Assembly (NCBI GenBank): GCA_050115495.1
Contig: JASFQK010000006.1
Span: 32,001-96,000 of the forward strand
Length of the DNA: 64,000 bases
Source of the DNA: Phycisphaerae bacterium
GTDB taxonomy: Bacteria > Planctomycetota > Phycisphaerae > UBA1845 > Fen-1342
Direction of reading: 5' to 3'
In this document: positions 38,192-47,337 of the stretch, one piece after another
Numbering within the stretch: position 1 is the stretch's first letter
How the letters are laid out: every line of letters starts with the position of its first letter
Made by a program: the position numbers and the translations under genes
The notes under the pieces: generated by a model
Told to the model about the DNA's origin: nothing
The model's database searches: none
Seen by the model: only the letters and a program-made list of their open reading frames with translations

Positions 38192-38392
38192 CGCCTTCTC
38201 CCACGGCTCGCGCGGGCCCATGACCCGCGCGTCCGCGACATCCTAGCCGCCGCGCCGCGCTGCCGACAATGCGCCGCGCGCCTATTCCCTTCCGTTGCAC
38301 GACGGTATGCTGCGCAGCGGTCGCGTCGCGGCGGCGGGCCCGGGGCGGCGACAGCCTCGATGATCCACTCGCCCTTCTGGAGCGCAAACGCC

Positions 38393-39550
38393 ATGCCGAG
38401 AAGCACCATTCCACACGCGTCGTCGCCAGTGACGTCGAATCGATCCATCCGCGGCATTCGCCTGGCGGCAGCCATGCTCGCCTCGGTCATGCTGTTCGGC
38501 GGCCGCCCCTGCCTGGCCCAGCCCGAGGCCGGCGCCACGAGCCAAGAGGTCACGTTCACCAGCGGCGACGCCACGCTCGCCGGCACGCTCACCCTCCCGC
38601 CGGGCAAGGGCCCCCATCCGGCGGCGATCCTGCTCAGCGGCAACGGCCCCCACGATCGCGACGGTGCCCTGCAGGTCGTCCCCGATTATCGACCGTTCGC
38701 CGTCATCGCCGAGCACCTGGCCAAGAGCGGGTTCGCCGTGCTGCGTTGCGACGACCGCGGCGTGGGCAAGTCCACCGGCGACTACCTGGCCGCGGGAGAG
38801 GAGGACTTCTTCAAGGACGCCGAAGCGGCGCTGCAATTCATGTTGAAGCGTGAGGACATCGCGGCGAAGCGCATCGGCCTGATCGGGCACAGCGAAGGGG
38901 CGATGATCGCCGCGGTCGTCGCCGGCCGGCGGCCGGAAGTGGCGTTCGTGGTCAACCTGGCCGGCGGGGCGACGAAGGGCTATGACCTGCTCGTGCGGCA
39001 GACGGAGCGGGCGATCACCGCCGAGGGCAAGCCGTCGAGCCAGGTCGCCGAGGCCGTGGCCAATCAGCGCCGCATGCTCGACCTGGTCCTCGCCCAGGAT
39101 TGGGACAAGCTTCAGGAGATCGTGCGGGAGGTGTCGCTCAAGCGGTTGAGGGAGCTGCCCCCGCAAACCCGGGCCCGCATCGGCGACCTGGAGGCCGCCG
39201 CCATCCGCCACGCCGAGCAGAGCATGCAGACGCTGAAGCACCCTCGATATCGGTTCATGATCGAGCATGATTTCGGTGCGGACTGGACGAAAGTAAAGGT
39301 CCCCGTGCTGGCGATTTTCGGCGGGCTGGACGTGCAATGCGACGCCGCGCAGAACCAGGAAGGCCTCGAGCGCGCCCTGCGTGAGGCCGGGAACAAGAAC
39401 GTGAAGACGGTGATCATCCGCGGCGCTAACCACCTGCTCATCCCGGCCCGCGCCGGCGCAATGAGCGAGTACGCCACGCTGCCCAAAGACTTCGCCCCCG
39501 GCGTGCTCGACACCCTCTCCACCTGGCTGACCGAACAGGCCAAGCCCTAG
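38393..39550 (+). CDS. Secreted alpha/beta hydrolase
   Basis: LAGTLTLP, SGNGPHDRD, DDRGVGKSTG, GHSEG nucleophile elbow, G.LDVQ, NHL; start uncertain. Confidence 0.88.
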   Translation: MPRSTIPHASSPVTSNRSIRGIRLAAAMLASVMLFGGRPCLAQPEAGATSQEVTFTSGDATLAGTLTLPPGKGPHPAAILLSGNGPHDRDGALQVVPDYRPFAVIAEHLAKSGFAVLRCDDRGVGKSTGDYLAAGEEDFFKDAEAALQFMLKREDIAAKRIGLIGHSEGAMIAAVVAGRRPEVAFVVNLAGGATKGYDLLVRQTERAITAEGKPSSQVAEAVANQRRMLDLVLAQDWDKLQEIVREVSLKRLRELPPQTRARIGDLEAAAIRHAEQSMQTLKHPRYRFMIEHDFGADWTKVKVPVLAIFGGLDVQCDAAQNQEGLERALREAGNKNVKTVIIRGANHLLIPARAGAMSEYATLPKDFAPGVLDTLSTWLTEQAKP

Positions 39551-39766
39551 CCGCAGCCGGTAGCGCGAGGCATGCCACACTCTCGCCGTATTCACCCCAG
39601 GGCCCCGTGCAATCTGAACTTTCGATGTTCAATCTGCATGGCCGCACGACTTGGTCCCCGGCCAAGTCGCGCCACAAGTGGATGTCCGGCTCGCCGCCGC
39701 GGGTGGCCTGTGTGACCAAGTCCGCCGGGCTCTGGACCAGCAAACCGGCTTTGGGATGGGCTCCCG

Positions 39767-41023
39767 TCAGGACGCGCTCGCCTCAGACCGCTCGGGTAAC
39801 GTGAAGCAGATAGCGGTGGTTGATGGCAGCATGGGATACGCCACTCGGCAGCGGTAGACCTTGAATCGCTCGCCGTCCCAACCCAGCCGGTTGAACACGT
39901 ACTCAGCCACCTCCCCGTAGCGAGGCACCTCGGGCGTACGCAGCGCCTTCGCCCCATTACCGAGACAGGTTGCCGCGGCCTTGAACTCCAGGCGCTGAAG
40001 CGATCGCGGTCGCGCAGGAAAGGGCCCTTCGTCTATCGATTCCGGATACATGACCGCCGTTGGTGCATCGGACGCGTACATCCCATCCAGCACCACCACG
40101 TCGTGAATCAGCAACTCGCACGGGATTCTCGTCCGCGCGCAGAACCCAGCAAAGCGGTTGTCTGACGTGCGACAGGTCTTCACCGCGTGACGGTCGATCC
40201 AGCCGGCAATGTAGTCGACAGCCGCCGTATCGCCGACGTCGCTGAGCACCAGATCGCCGTGGATCTGGCCCCCGCTGGCCTCGATCGTTCGAAACTGAGG
40301 CAACGGTTGGCTACAGAAATCGGGCAGCAGCGCAATGCCATGTTCGGTCTGGGCCGCCGGGTCCAGCGGTTCACGTTTCTCCCACCCGATTGGTGAACCA
40401 TCATCGTTCGCGAAGCTGGCGTGCGAAATCACCACGGGCGCCCCGTGGCGGGATTGGCGCAACCCGATGTAGCCCATCAGTGTCACGAAGTCCGCGAACT
40501 CCGGATCAGCCGACCGGTGCACGAACGTGCAGGTCACGCGTGTTCGCACCTGGACACCCCACAGGTGCCGCAACCCTCGAAAGACGGATCGACGCTGTTG
40601 GCGATCGATCGTCTCAGCCTCATCGTCGCCGGCGATGGCGCTGACCATCGAGTCAAACATGGCTCGATCGCCGGCGTGACGGGCCACCGTATCCTCGAAG
40701 TCCTTTGCAGCCCCAACCGCGGCGGCGATCAACTCGGCGGAGATGCCGTGCTTGGCCGCCGCCCGAAAGAACGTCTTCAGGTGCATCGGCCGGGGGACGT
40801 ACGGCCCCGCGCGCAGCCCATCCGTGGTCGTGGCCACGTTGTAGATGGCCCAACTGAGCCGACGATCGATGCCGAGCGCGTGGTGCAGGTCGGCGGCCTT
40901 CATTATCGGTCTATTGGTTGCAGCGATCATGTCGCCGAGCGCGGCACGCAGCCGATCCAGCACCGACTTGGCCTCGCTCGCGAACGGTTGTCCAGAAGTG
41001 TCGCGAACCCGTTCCTCAGTCAT
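39767..41023 (-). CDS. Hypothetical protein with N-terminal HTH-like motif, candidate transcriptional regulator
   Basis: 418 aa, no signal peptide; KAADLHHALGIDRRLSWAIY resembles a helix-turn-helix; divergent from the large secreted protein. Confidence 0.65.
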   Translation of the reverse strand: MTEERVRDTSGQPFASEAKSVLDRLRAALGDMIAATNRPIMKAADLHHALGIDRRLSWAIYNVATTTDGLRAGPYVPRPMHLKTFFRAAAKHGISAELIAAAVGAAKDFEDTVARHAGDRAMFDSMVSAIAGDDEAETIDRQQRRSVFRGLRHLWGVQVRTRVTCTFVHRSADPEFADFVTLMGYIGLRQSRHGAPVVISHASFANDDGSPIGWEKREPLDPAAQTEHGIALLPDFCSQPLPQFRTIEASGGQIHGDLVLSDVGDTAAVDYIAGWIDRHAVKTCRTSDNRFAGFCARTRIPCELLIHDVVVLDGMYASDAPTAVMYPESIDEGPFPARPRSLQRLEFKAAATCLGNGAKALRTPEVPRYGEVAEYVFNRLGWDGERFKVYRCRVAYPMLPSTTAICFTLPERSEASAS

Positions 41024-41029
41024 AGCAGT

Positions 41030-41144
41030 AACTTACCGCCTCGCCGGGCACCGCGTCAAGCAATATGTCGCGATACCAGGAAGATTACCAGGATTGTTAC
41101 TAGTAATTTTTTCATTGACACGCACATCCGCCAATCGGTACACT
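41030..41144. promoter_or_regulatory. Back-to-back divergent promoters flanking phased direct repeats
   Basis: Minus TTGACG-N18-TAAGTT-N6-ATG(41023); plus TTGACA(41115)-N18-TACACT(41139); TACCAGGA/TACCAGGA/TACTAGTA at 41074, 41086 and 41098. Confidence 0.6.
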
Positions 41145-41474
41145 CGCGCACGTTGGATCGGCCCAGTCGTTCGCCTATCCATGCGTGAGGTGCGTTCTTG
41201 ACGAAAAGGGGTCTTTGGCGCTGCGGGCTGCGAACGCCGGGACACCCGCCGGCCGCGCGGATGCCGACCGTCGCCCTCGTTGCAGGGGCGCAGCGTGGGA
41301 GAGTGGTTCGCCCCACCGCGCACGGGTCTGCCCCTCCCCGATCCGCTGCCCCAACATCAACCGCCCTCACCCAATCGTGTTGTCGGGATCGTCTTCGATC
41401 CGCTTGTCTTTTCACGTCGGGAGCATGTGCCCCCACACGAATGGGGTTGATTCCCCAACAGGAGGAAACGCATC

Positions 41475-44400
41475 ATGAGAAGAGGAAGCATACTGCTGCT
41501 GTCCGTGGTTCTTCTGTGTGCGGGGCCGTTCGCGGCGTCCGCCCTGGCTGCGCCGCCCGAGCCTCCGGCCATCTCGCCAGCCGCCGTGCAGCCGGCGACG
41601 AACGCTCCTCCGTCGCTCACCGTCATTTCGGCAGAGACACACGATGCCGAGATGAACTCACGGGAAACGTGTCAGCATAGCGTCGTTCTTGACGAGAGTT
41701 TCTGGTGGCCAGACAGATTTGGTTGGCGCGGCAGCCAGCTCGACCTGTATGTCAATGATACGCTCGTCTTGTCCGGGATGACGTTGCCGACATACACGGA
41801 TGAAGTCGCTTACTACTTCGATGCCTCCGACGGCGACACGATTACCACGGTTTTCCGCGGGAGCGGGGTTCCCTCATTCCAGCGTTACAACCAGTACCGC
41901 ATCTACGATGGAGTGGGTGGTCTGATCGCTCGTGAAGGTGGAGGCTGGACGGGCGCGCCGCCCGAGGGTCTTACCGTAACCGCCAATTGCACGGTAGGTT
42001 CTACCGGTGCTTGTTGCTACGACAACGGCGGTTGCGAGATGGTCGAGAGCGCCGAGGATTGCATCGACGGTCAATTCCTGGGCTTGGGACATACTTGTCT
42101 GGAATGCGAACATATGCTCGAGCGTCCCGCGGACGCCGTATCCGAGGATGAGGACTGCTACGAGGGACTCAACGAAGGTTGCCAGCCTGCAGAAGAAGGC
42201 GGATTCACTCTGCTGAACTGCAATGATACTTTCTATGGCACCTATGGATATGACGGACACGGATTGAGCGATTTTGATTATGATTGGTATAGTGTCGAGA
42301 CCACTGAAACGTCGGTGCTATCGTTGACGATCGAGTCGGAATGGGTCGTGTATTTCGGCATCTACTCCAAGGGACTGGGTGGCGATTGCAGCAATTGGAA
42401 TGTGGCTCCCCACGTCGTTGGTTCGGCGGGTGCCTACGAGCCCGTGACGATCAGTACCGAATGCTTGCCGCCGGGCGAATACCTCATCTACGTATCACTG
42501 TTCTATGAAAGCAGAACCTTTAGCGGGCCATGTCCGATTTATTACGTGGGTACGCTGGAATGTACGCCTGGCTGTGAACCCGCGTTGGGGGCTTGCTGTG
42601 CCGGAGAGTTCCTCGAAAATTGCGTGTCCGACATAACGGAGCCCTGGTGCACGGGCCTTGGTGGGGAATGGCAGGGCGAAGGCAGCAATTGTGACGACAA
42701 TCCCTGCTCGCCACAATACTGTGAAGCATGGGACGATTTCTGCGGCGACGATGAAACCGTATGGGGGCCATATATCTCTCGCGTCCAATTGGGAACGCTG
42801 GACAATTCATCAAGTTGGGAAGATGGCTGTTATTCTGACTACACCGAACCGAATGAGGGCGCGGCGACCGATTTGTTCGTGGGCGAAACACAGGAGATGC
42901 TTGTCACTGACGGCTTACCGTCCGGGCCAAATGCCGACGGCTGGGAGTGCTTCTACGAAGACGTGTGCGCAGTGTGGATTGACTGGAACCAGGACGCGGA
43001 TTTCGATGACGATGGTGAACTGGTGGGATTCGTCTGCGGTGGCGGGCTGTTGCCTTTCAGTATCATGGTTACGCCGCCGGTCGATGCAGTAACGGGCGAG
43101 ACGGGAATGCGTATCCGCTTGTGGTTTACATGGGACGGCGATAACGATAATCCGACACCATGCGGTGGAGCGAATGCCGGCGGCGATGACCTGGCCCAGG
43201 GGGAGGTCGAGGATTACACCGTCAATATTGTGGCCGTGGCCGGCGCGTGCTGTCGGATGGATGATATGCAGGAATGCATCATCGCTACGCCGGCGGAATG
43301 CGAGGCAATTCCCGGTGTCTATCTGGGGCCGTATACGACTTGTTCCGGGAACGATTGCAACGAGAATGGTTATGATGACGCTTGCGACATTGCCGGTTGC
43401 TATGGAACGGCCAGCGAGGACTGCAACCTCAACGGCATACCGGATGAGTGCGAGGAACTCATCGACTGCAACAACAACGGCGTAATGGATGAGTGCGACA
43501 TTATCGCCGGCACGTCGGCGGACTGCGACGGCAACGGCATACCGGACGAGTGCGATATCGCCGATTGTCCCGCCGGCGATCTGTCGTGTGCGGACTGCAA
43601 CCTGAATGGCGTTCTCGACGGCTGCGAGGTCGCTGCGAAGGACAGGGGCCACGCTTACCAGCATGACGACGGCGAAGCCGAGCTGAACGTCGGCCTCGGC
43701 GCCGGGGACACCGTGGCCTGGTTGAACCACTTCACCGTCGACGCCAACGCGACGCGGATCCGCTACGTGCACCTTGCCTATGCCTCGGTCGCGGAAGGCA
43801 CGCCCGTCACCGTGTATCTCTGGAATGACCCGGACCAGGACGGTTATCCGGGCGACGCTCAGGTGATCGCATCCGCGCACACTGTCGTGACCAACCCCGG
43901 CACCAATACGTTCGACGTGGTCGCCATTCCTTACACGGACATCGGCCCGGCCGGAACGCACTTCTTCGTCGGAGCGGTCCTGACGCAGGCGGCGGACGAG
44001 CACCCGGTACCGGTCGACCACACCGCCTCCGCCGGTCAGAGTTGGATCGCCGGTGGCACGGTGTTCGATCCCAACTTCCTGGAGCGAGCCCAGTTACCGG
44101 TTTCCCGGCTCGACGACCTCGGCTACCCGGGCAACTGCCTGATCCGCGCCGAAGCGCAGGGCGGCGACTGCAATGGCAACGGCATTCCCGACGACTGCGA
44201 CATCATGGACGGCACCAGCAGGGACTGCAACGGCGACATGATCCCGGACGAGTGTCAGCTCGATGGCAATGACTGCAACGGCAACGGCCTTCTCGACGAA
44301 TGCGACATCCTCTCGGGTTACAGCGAAGACTGCAACGAGAACGGCCAGCCGGACGAATGTGACGTCAGCGATGGCACCAGCGAGGACTGCCAGCCGGATG

Positions 44401-45350
44401 GTATCCCCGACGAATGCCAACTCTGGACTGACGGTCGCAATGCCGGACTCGCCGGTACGGAAACGCTGGCCTGGGATGACGGGTCCGCCGAGACCGCGCT
44501 CGGTCTTACCACGGGCGGCGAGATGGTGTGGGTTCAGGAGTTCATTGCCGAAGAACCGGCTACCGTCCAGGCTGTGCAAACGTGCTTCGGCGCGGCGTTC
44601 AATCCGGGTGGCTCGGGCGTTTCGGCCGGCGATTCCTTCCGCGTGTTCATCTGGAGTGATCCGAACCAGGACAGCTACCCCTTCGACGCGGTGCTCCTGG
44701 CTGAGGCGACCGGTACCGTCGATGCGGCCAGCATAGACACCGACGTTCTCCAGACCTTGCCCATTTCGGCCCAGGTCGACGGTCGCTTCTTCGTGGGGGC
44801 TTCCGTGGTCCACGCCGCCGGCATGCACCCGGCGCCCGTGGACAGAGACGACCCGCACGGACACGCCTGGGTGACGTCCAACGAACTCCCGTACAATCCC
44901 AATTACTGGACGGACCAGACGTACACTCTGGAGGGCGTTGGCCGGCCCGGCAATCTGCTGTTGCGGGTGGAGATCGAATACGACACACCGTCAAACGACT
45001 GCAACCTCAACGGTATTCCGGATGAGTGTGATCTGTGTGGCGACCTCGATCTGGACGGTGACGTGGACTATGACGACTACGTGATCTTCCTGAGCACCTT
45101 CGGCGGTGAGACCGATGGAACACCGCCGCAGGATTGGTGCTGTGACTATGACCACAGCGGCGCCGTCGGTATGGCCGACTACGCAGCGTGGCTGGATTGC
45201 TATCGCGCGTATATCGGCAAACTGGAAGCCCCGCCGCCGGCCGGTCCGCTCGCGCCGCCCCCCGACTTGCTCCGGCGGAAGGCGGAAGGCCTGGTCACGC
45301 AGCAGTCGCCGACCAATGCCCCCGTGCCGAGCGAGACGCCGGCTCCGTGA
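41475..45350 (+). CDS. Large secreted Cys/Asp-rich multidomain protein with GEVED domain, DCNxNGxPDEC repeats, a duplicated domain and C-terminal dockerin-like module
   Basis: AGGAGG RBS, signal peptide; VWIDWNQDADFDD..GE...GEVEDY; many DCNxNGxPDxC; GDLDLDGDVDYDDY...CDYDHSGAVGMADY paired Ca-loops. Confidence 0.85.
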   Translation: MRRGSILLLSVVLLCAGPFAASALAAPPEPPAISPAAVQPATNAPPSLTVISAETHDAEMNSRETCQHSVVLDESFWWPDRFGWRGSQLDLYVNDTLVLSGMTLPTYTDEVAYYFDASDGDTITTVFRGSGVPSFQRYNQYRIYDGVGGLIAREGGGWTGAPPEGLTVTANCTVGSTGACCYDNGGCEMVESAEDCIDGQFLGLGHTCLECEHMLERPADAVSEDEDCYEGLNEGCQPAEEGGFTLLNCNDTFYGTYGYDGHGLSDFDYDWYSVETTETSVLSLTIESEWVVYFGIYSKGLGGDCSNWNVAPHVVGSAGAYEPVTISTECLPPGEYLIYVSLFYESRTFSGPCPIYYVGTLECTPGCEPALGACCAGEFLENCVSDITEPWCTGLGGEWQGEGSNCDDNPCSPQYCEAWDDFCGDDETVWGPYISRVQLGTLDNSSSWEDGCYSDYTEPNEGAATDLFVGETQEMLVTDGLPSGPNADGWECFYEDVCAVWIDWNQDADFDDDGELVGFVCGGGLLPFSIMVTPPVDAVTGETGMRIRLWFTWDGDNDNPTPCGGANAGGDDLAQGEVEDYTVNIVAVAGACCRMDDMQECIIATPAECEAIPGVYLGPYTTCSGNDCNENGYDDACDIAGCYGTASEDCNLNGIPDECEELIDCNNNGVMDECDIIAGTSADCDGNGIPDECDIADCPAGDLSCADCNLNGVLDGCEVAAKDRGHAYQHDDGEAELNVGLGAGDTVAWLNHFTVDANATRIRYVHLAYASVAEGTPVTVYLWNDPDQDGYPGDAQVIASAHTVVTNPGTNTFDVVAIPYTDIGPAGTHFFVGAVLTQAADEHPVPVDHTASAGQSWIAGGTVFDPNFLERAQLPVSRLDDLGYPGNCLIRAEAQGGDCNGNGIPDDCDIMDGTSRDCNGDMIPDECQLDGNDCNGNGLLDECDILSGYSEDCNENGQPDECDVSDGTSEDCQPDGIPDECQLWTDGRNAGLAGTETLAWDDGSAETALGLTTGGEMVWVQEFIAEEPATVQAVQTCFGAAFNPGGSGVSAGDSFRVFIWSDPNQDSYPFDAVLLAEATGTVDAASIDTDVLQTLPISAQVDGRFFVGASVVHAAGMHPAPVDRDDPHGHAWVTSNELPYNPNYWTDQTYTLEGVGRPGNLLLRVEIEYDTPSNDCNLNGIPDECDLCGDLDLDGDVDYDDYVIFLSTFGGETDGTPPQDWCCDYDHSGAVGMADYAAWLDCYRAYIGKLEAPPPAGPLAPPPDLLRRKAEGLVTQQSPTNAPVPSETPAP

Positions 45351-45514
45351 CCAATCTCCGGTGGCGACGACCGGCCGTGGGCTGACCTCGGCCGGCGTTG
45401 CCACCGGCGCACTACCCTAGTAATGAAGAGAACGACCTGGATATCCATGAATCCCCGAGCCCATTGGTGACCGCGTTTCGACCATGGCTCGGGGCACTGT
45501 GAGGAGGATGAGGA

Positions 45515-46042
45515 ATGACTACTCCACGAAGTCTGATCTGTACCGCCGTCTTGGCGGGGCTGTTCTGCGTGATGCCGGCGTCGGCGGACGTGATCGTACG
45601 GCTCGAACCGGCTCATCCTGTTGTCGTCGTCGGCGAGTCCGTGAGCGTTGACATCATGGCAACGTTCGACGAACCCGTGACGGCCTGGGGCCTCGATCTA
45701 ACGAACGCTGAGCCAACGTACGCCGCCTGGACCGCGACCAGCATCGGCGATGATTGGGACAAACCGCTGGAGACGCTCGATGGTGACGGTCTCGCGGGGC
45801 TGCGCTTCCCGTCTGGCATCAGTGGCGACGTGTTGTTGGCGACCCTGACCTTCGAGGGACTCACAGAAGGCGAAACACTGCTTACGCTGAGTAGCGGCCC
45901 GGAAGAAGATGAAGGCATCCTGCTTGCGTCCGGCAGCATGGCGGACGTTCAGTTCACGTCGGCAACGTTGACCGTCGTGCCGGAACCCGCCACCGCTTCG
46001 CTGCTTCTCTCGGCTCTGTTCCTCCTCCCCCGCCGCCGCTAG
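45515..46042 (+). CDS. Cohesin-like domain PEP-CTERM protein
   Basis: Signal peptide; V.VGESVSVDI...WGLDL...GDVLLATLTFEGLTEGETLLTL cohesin-like strand pattern; C-terminal VPEP-TM-RRR. Confidence 0.75.
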   Translation: MTTPRSLICTAVLAGLFCVMPASADVIVRLEPAHPVVVVGESVSVDIMATFDEPVTAWGLDLTNAEPTYAAWTATSIGDDWDKPLETLDGDGLAGLRFPSGISGDVLLATLTFEGLTEGETLLTLSSGPEEDEGILLASGSMADVQFTSATLTVVPEPATASLLLSALFLLPRRR

Positions 46043-46232
46043 AGCGACCTTTCACCAGCGCGCGGTGCAGCAACCGGGCACCATCGGGCCGTCCCAACCC
46101 GGTGGTGCCCTCTCTCTGCGCGAAAGAGACGAAGCTCTGCGCCGAATCGACCTGAAGGGGTCCTCTGATCCTCGGCGCAATTAACCGGCCGGAGTGTCAG
46201 CGCATCCGCTAATCCCCCGGGGCGAAGCGTGG

Positions 46233-47180
46233 TTAGGCAGGCAGGGCGCGGACAAAGCCGCGGATGAGCGTGTTCTGCCGCTGGTTGTAGCCCATGCACA
46301 CCAGCGGATACAGCGTCTTGCCGAGGCGGCCGAAGGCGCGGCAGAACATGCGATCCCAGTAGCTCGTCGCCTCCGCCATGTGCCGTTCGATGTTCTTCTG
46401 GAGCACCAGCCACACGTCCTCGCGGAGCTTCTCGGCGGTGCCGAAGGCACCCGCCGGCGTGGCCTCGCCGGCGAGGATGTTCGCCAGCAATTCGTCCCGC
46501 GTGCGACCGGCGCTGACCGTGTACGTCGTGCCGACACGATGCGTATGCGAGTCGCTGCCGCCGACGAGCGTCTTGTGGTGGCCCTGCGTCGCCGCCCAGG
46601 CGAAAGCGTTGTGGGCGTAGCTGCGGGCCCCGTTGATACCCTCGAAGGTGTCGAACAGATCGAGCATGATCTCGATCTGGGCCGGGGTCAACACGCGATG
46701 CTGCGCCGTCCAGGTCATGTGGTTCAGCACGAACAGCTTGCCCTGGCTCCGGACGTAGCCGCAGAAGTCGTAGATGTTGTCGCGGAGGCGCTGAATCTCG
46801 GCGTGCTGGACCTCGTCGATGTCGAAGACGTTGACGTGGACGATCGTCCCATCCTCGGGGAAGGTCACCGAGACCTCTTCGCCGAAGATGAAGTCCGTCG
46901 GGTTGTTGCGACGCTCGACCAGGGCCTTGCAGCCGTCGATGGTGTCGTGATCGGTGATGGTCACGAAATCCATCCCGCGGGCCTTGGCCTGGTCGTAGAC
47001 TTCCTCAGGCTCGGCGTAGGGGTGATAGACGATCCCGGGCAGCCAGCGGAGGGTCTCGTCAGAGAAGGTGCTGTGGCAGTGCAGGTCGATGCGCGCCCCC
47101 GGGCGACGCTGCCAGGGGTCGGTTGATCCGCCGCTCTCGCGCCCCGTGTATTCCAGCAGTGTGTTCAACAAATCGCTCAT
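46233..47180 (-). CDS. PHP domain metal-dependent phosphoesterase
   Basis: IDLHCHSTFSD, VTITDHDTIDG, GEE, H, NH, GGSDSH. Confidence 0.88.
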   Translation of the reverse strand: MSDLLNTLLEYTGRESGGSTDPWQRRPGARIDLHCHSTFSDETLRWLPGIVYHPYAEPEEVYDQAKARGMDFVTITDHDTIDGCKALVERRNNPTDFIFGEEVSVTFPEDGTIVHVNVFDIDEVQHAEIQRLRDNIYDFCGYVRSQGKLFVLNHMTWTAQHRVLTPAQIEIMLDLFDTFEGINGARSYAHNAFAWAATQGHHKTLVGGSDSHTHRVGTTYTVSAGRTRDELLANILAGEATPAGAFGTAEKLREDVWLVLQKNIERHMAEATSYWDRMFCRAFGRLGKTLYPLVCMGYNQRQNTLIRGFVRALPA

Positions 47181-47337
47181 ACCACCTAAGCCATTTGCAC
47201 CGCGTCTGAATTATTGCACGCCCGCGTTATATTCGCGTCGGGCCCGCGCGAAAAATCCGTAAGCGCGGGTAATTCCTGTCAGCAAGCGGGGGCGATAATC
47301 AACCAGTGACCACGCCGGCGGACCGGCCACCGACGGC

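Noticed and set aside
37112..38392. N-terminal part of the 812-aa plus-strand ORF as a fusion to the hydrolase
   Set aside because: It is the antisense shadow of the DUF418 gene; hydrolase-like sequence only begins near 38393
41033..41478. Short ORFs in the divergent intergenic region
   Set aside because: No RBS or recognisable motifs; better explained as promoter and long 5' leader
43340..45030. Diversity-generating retroelement template/variable repeats in the secreted gene
   Set aside because: Repeats are in-frame protein repeats with no adenine-specific mismatch pattern apparent, and no reverse transcriptase is in the window
33370..46100. Genomic island integrated at tRNA-Arg(CCG)
   Set aside because: No integrase and no duplicated tRNA 3' end seen; the tRNA 3' end points toward core genes, away from the accessory-looking region
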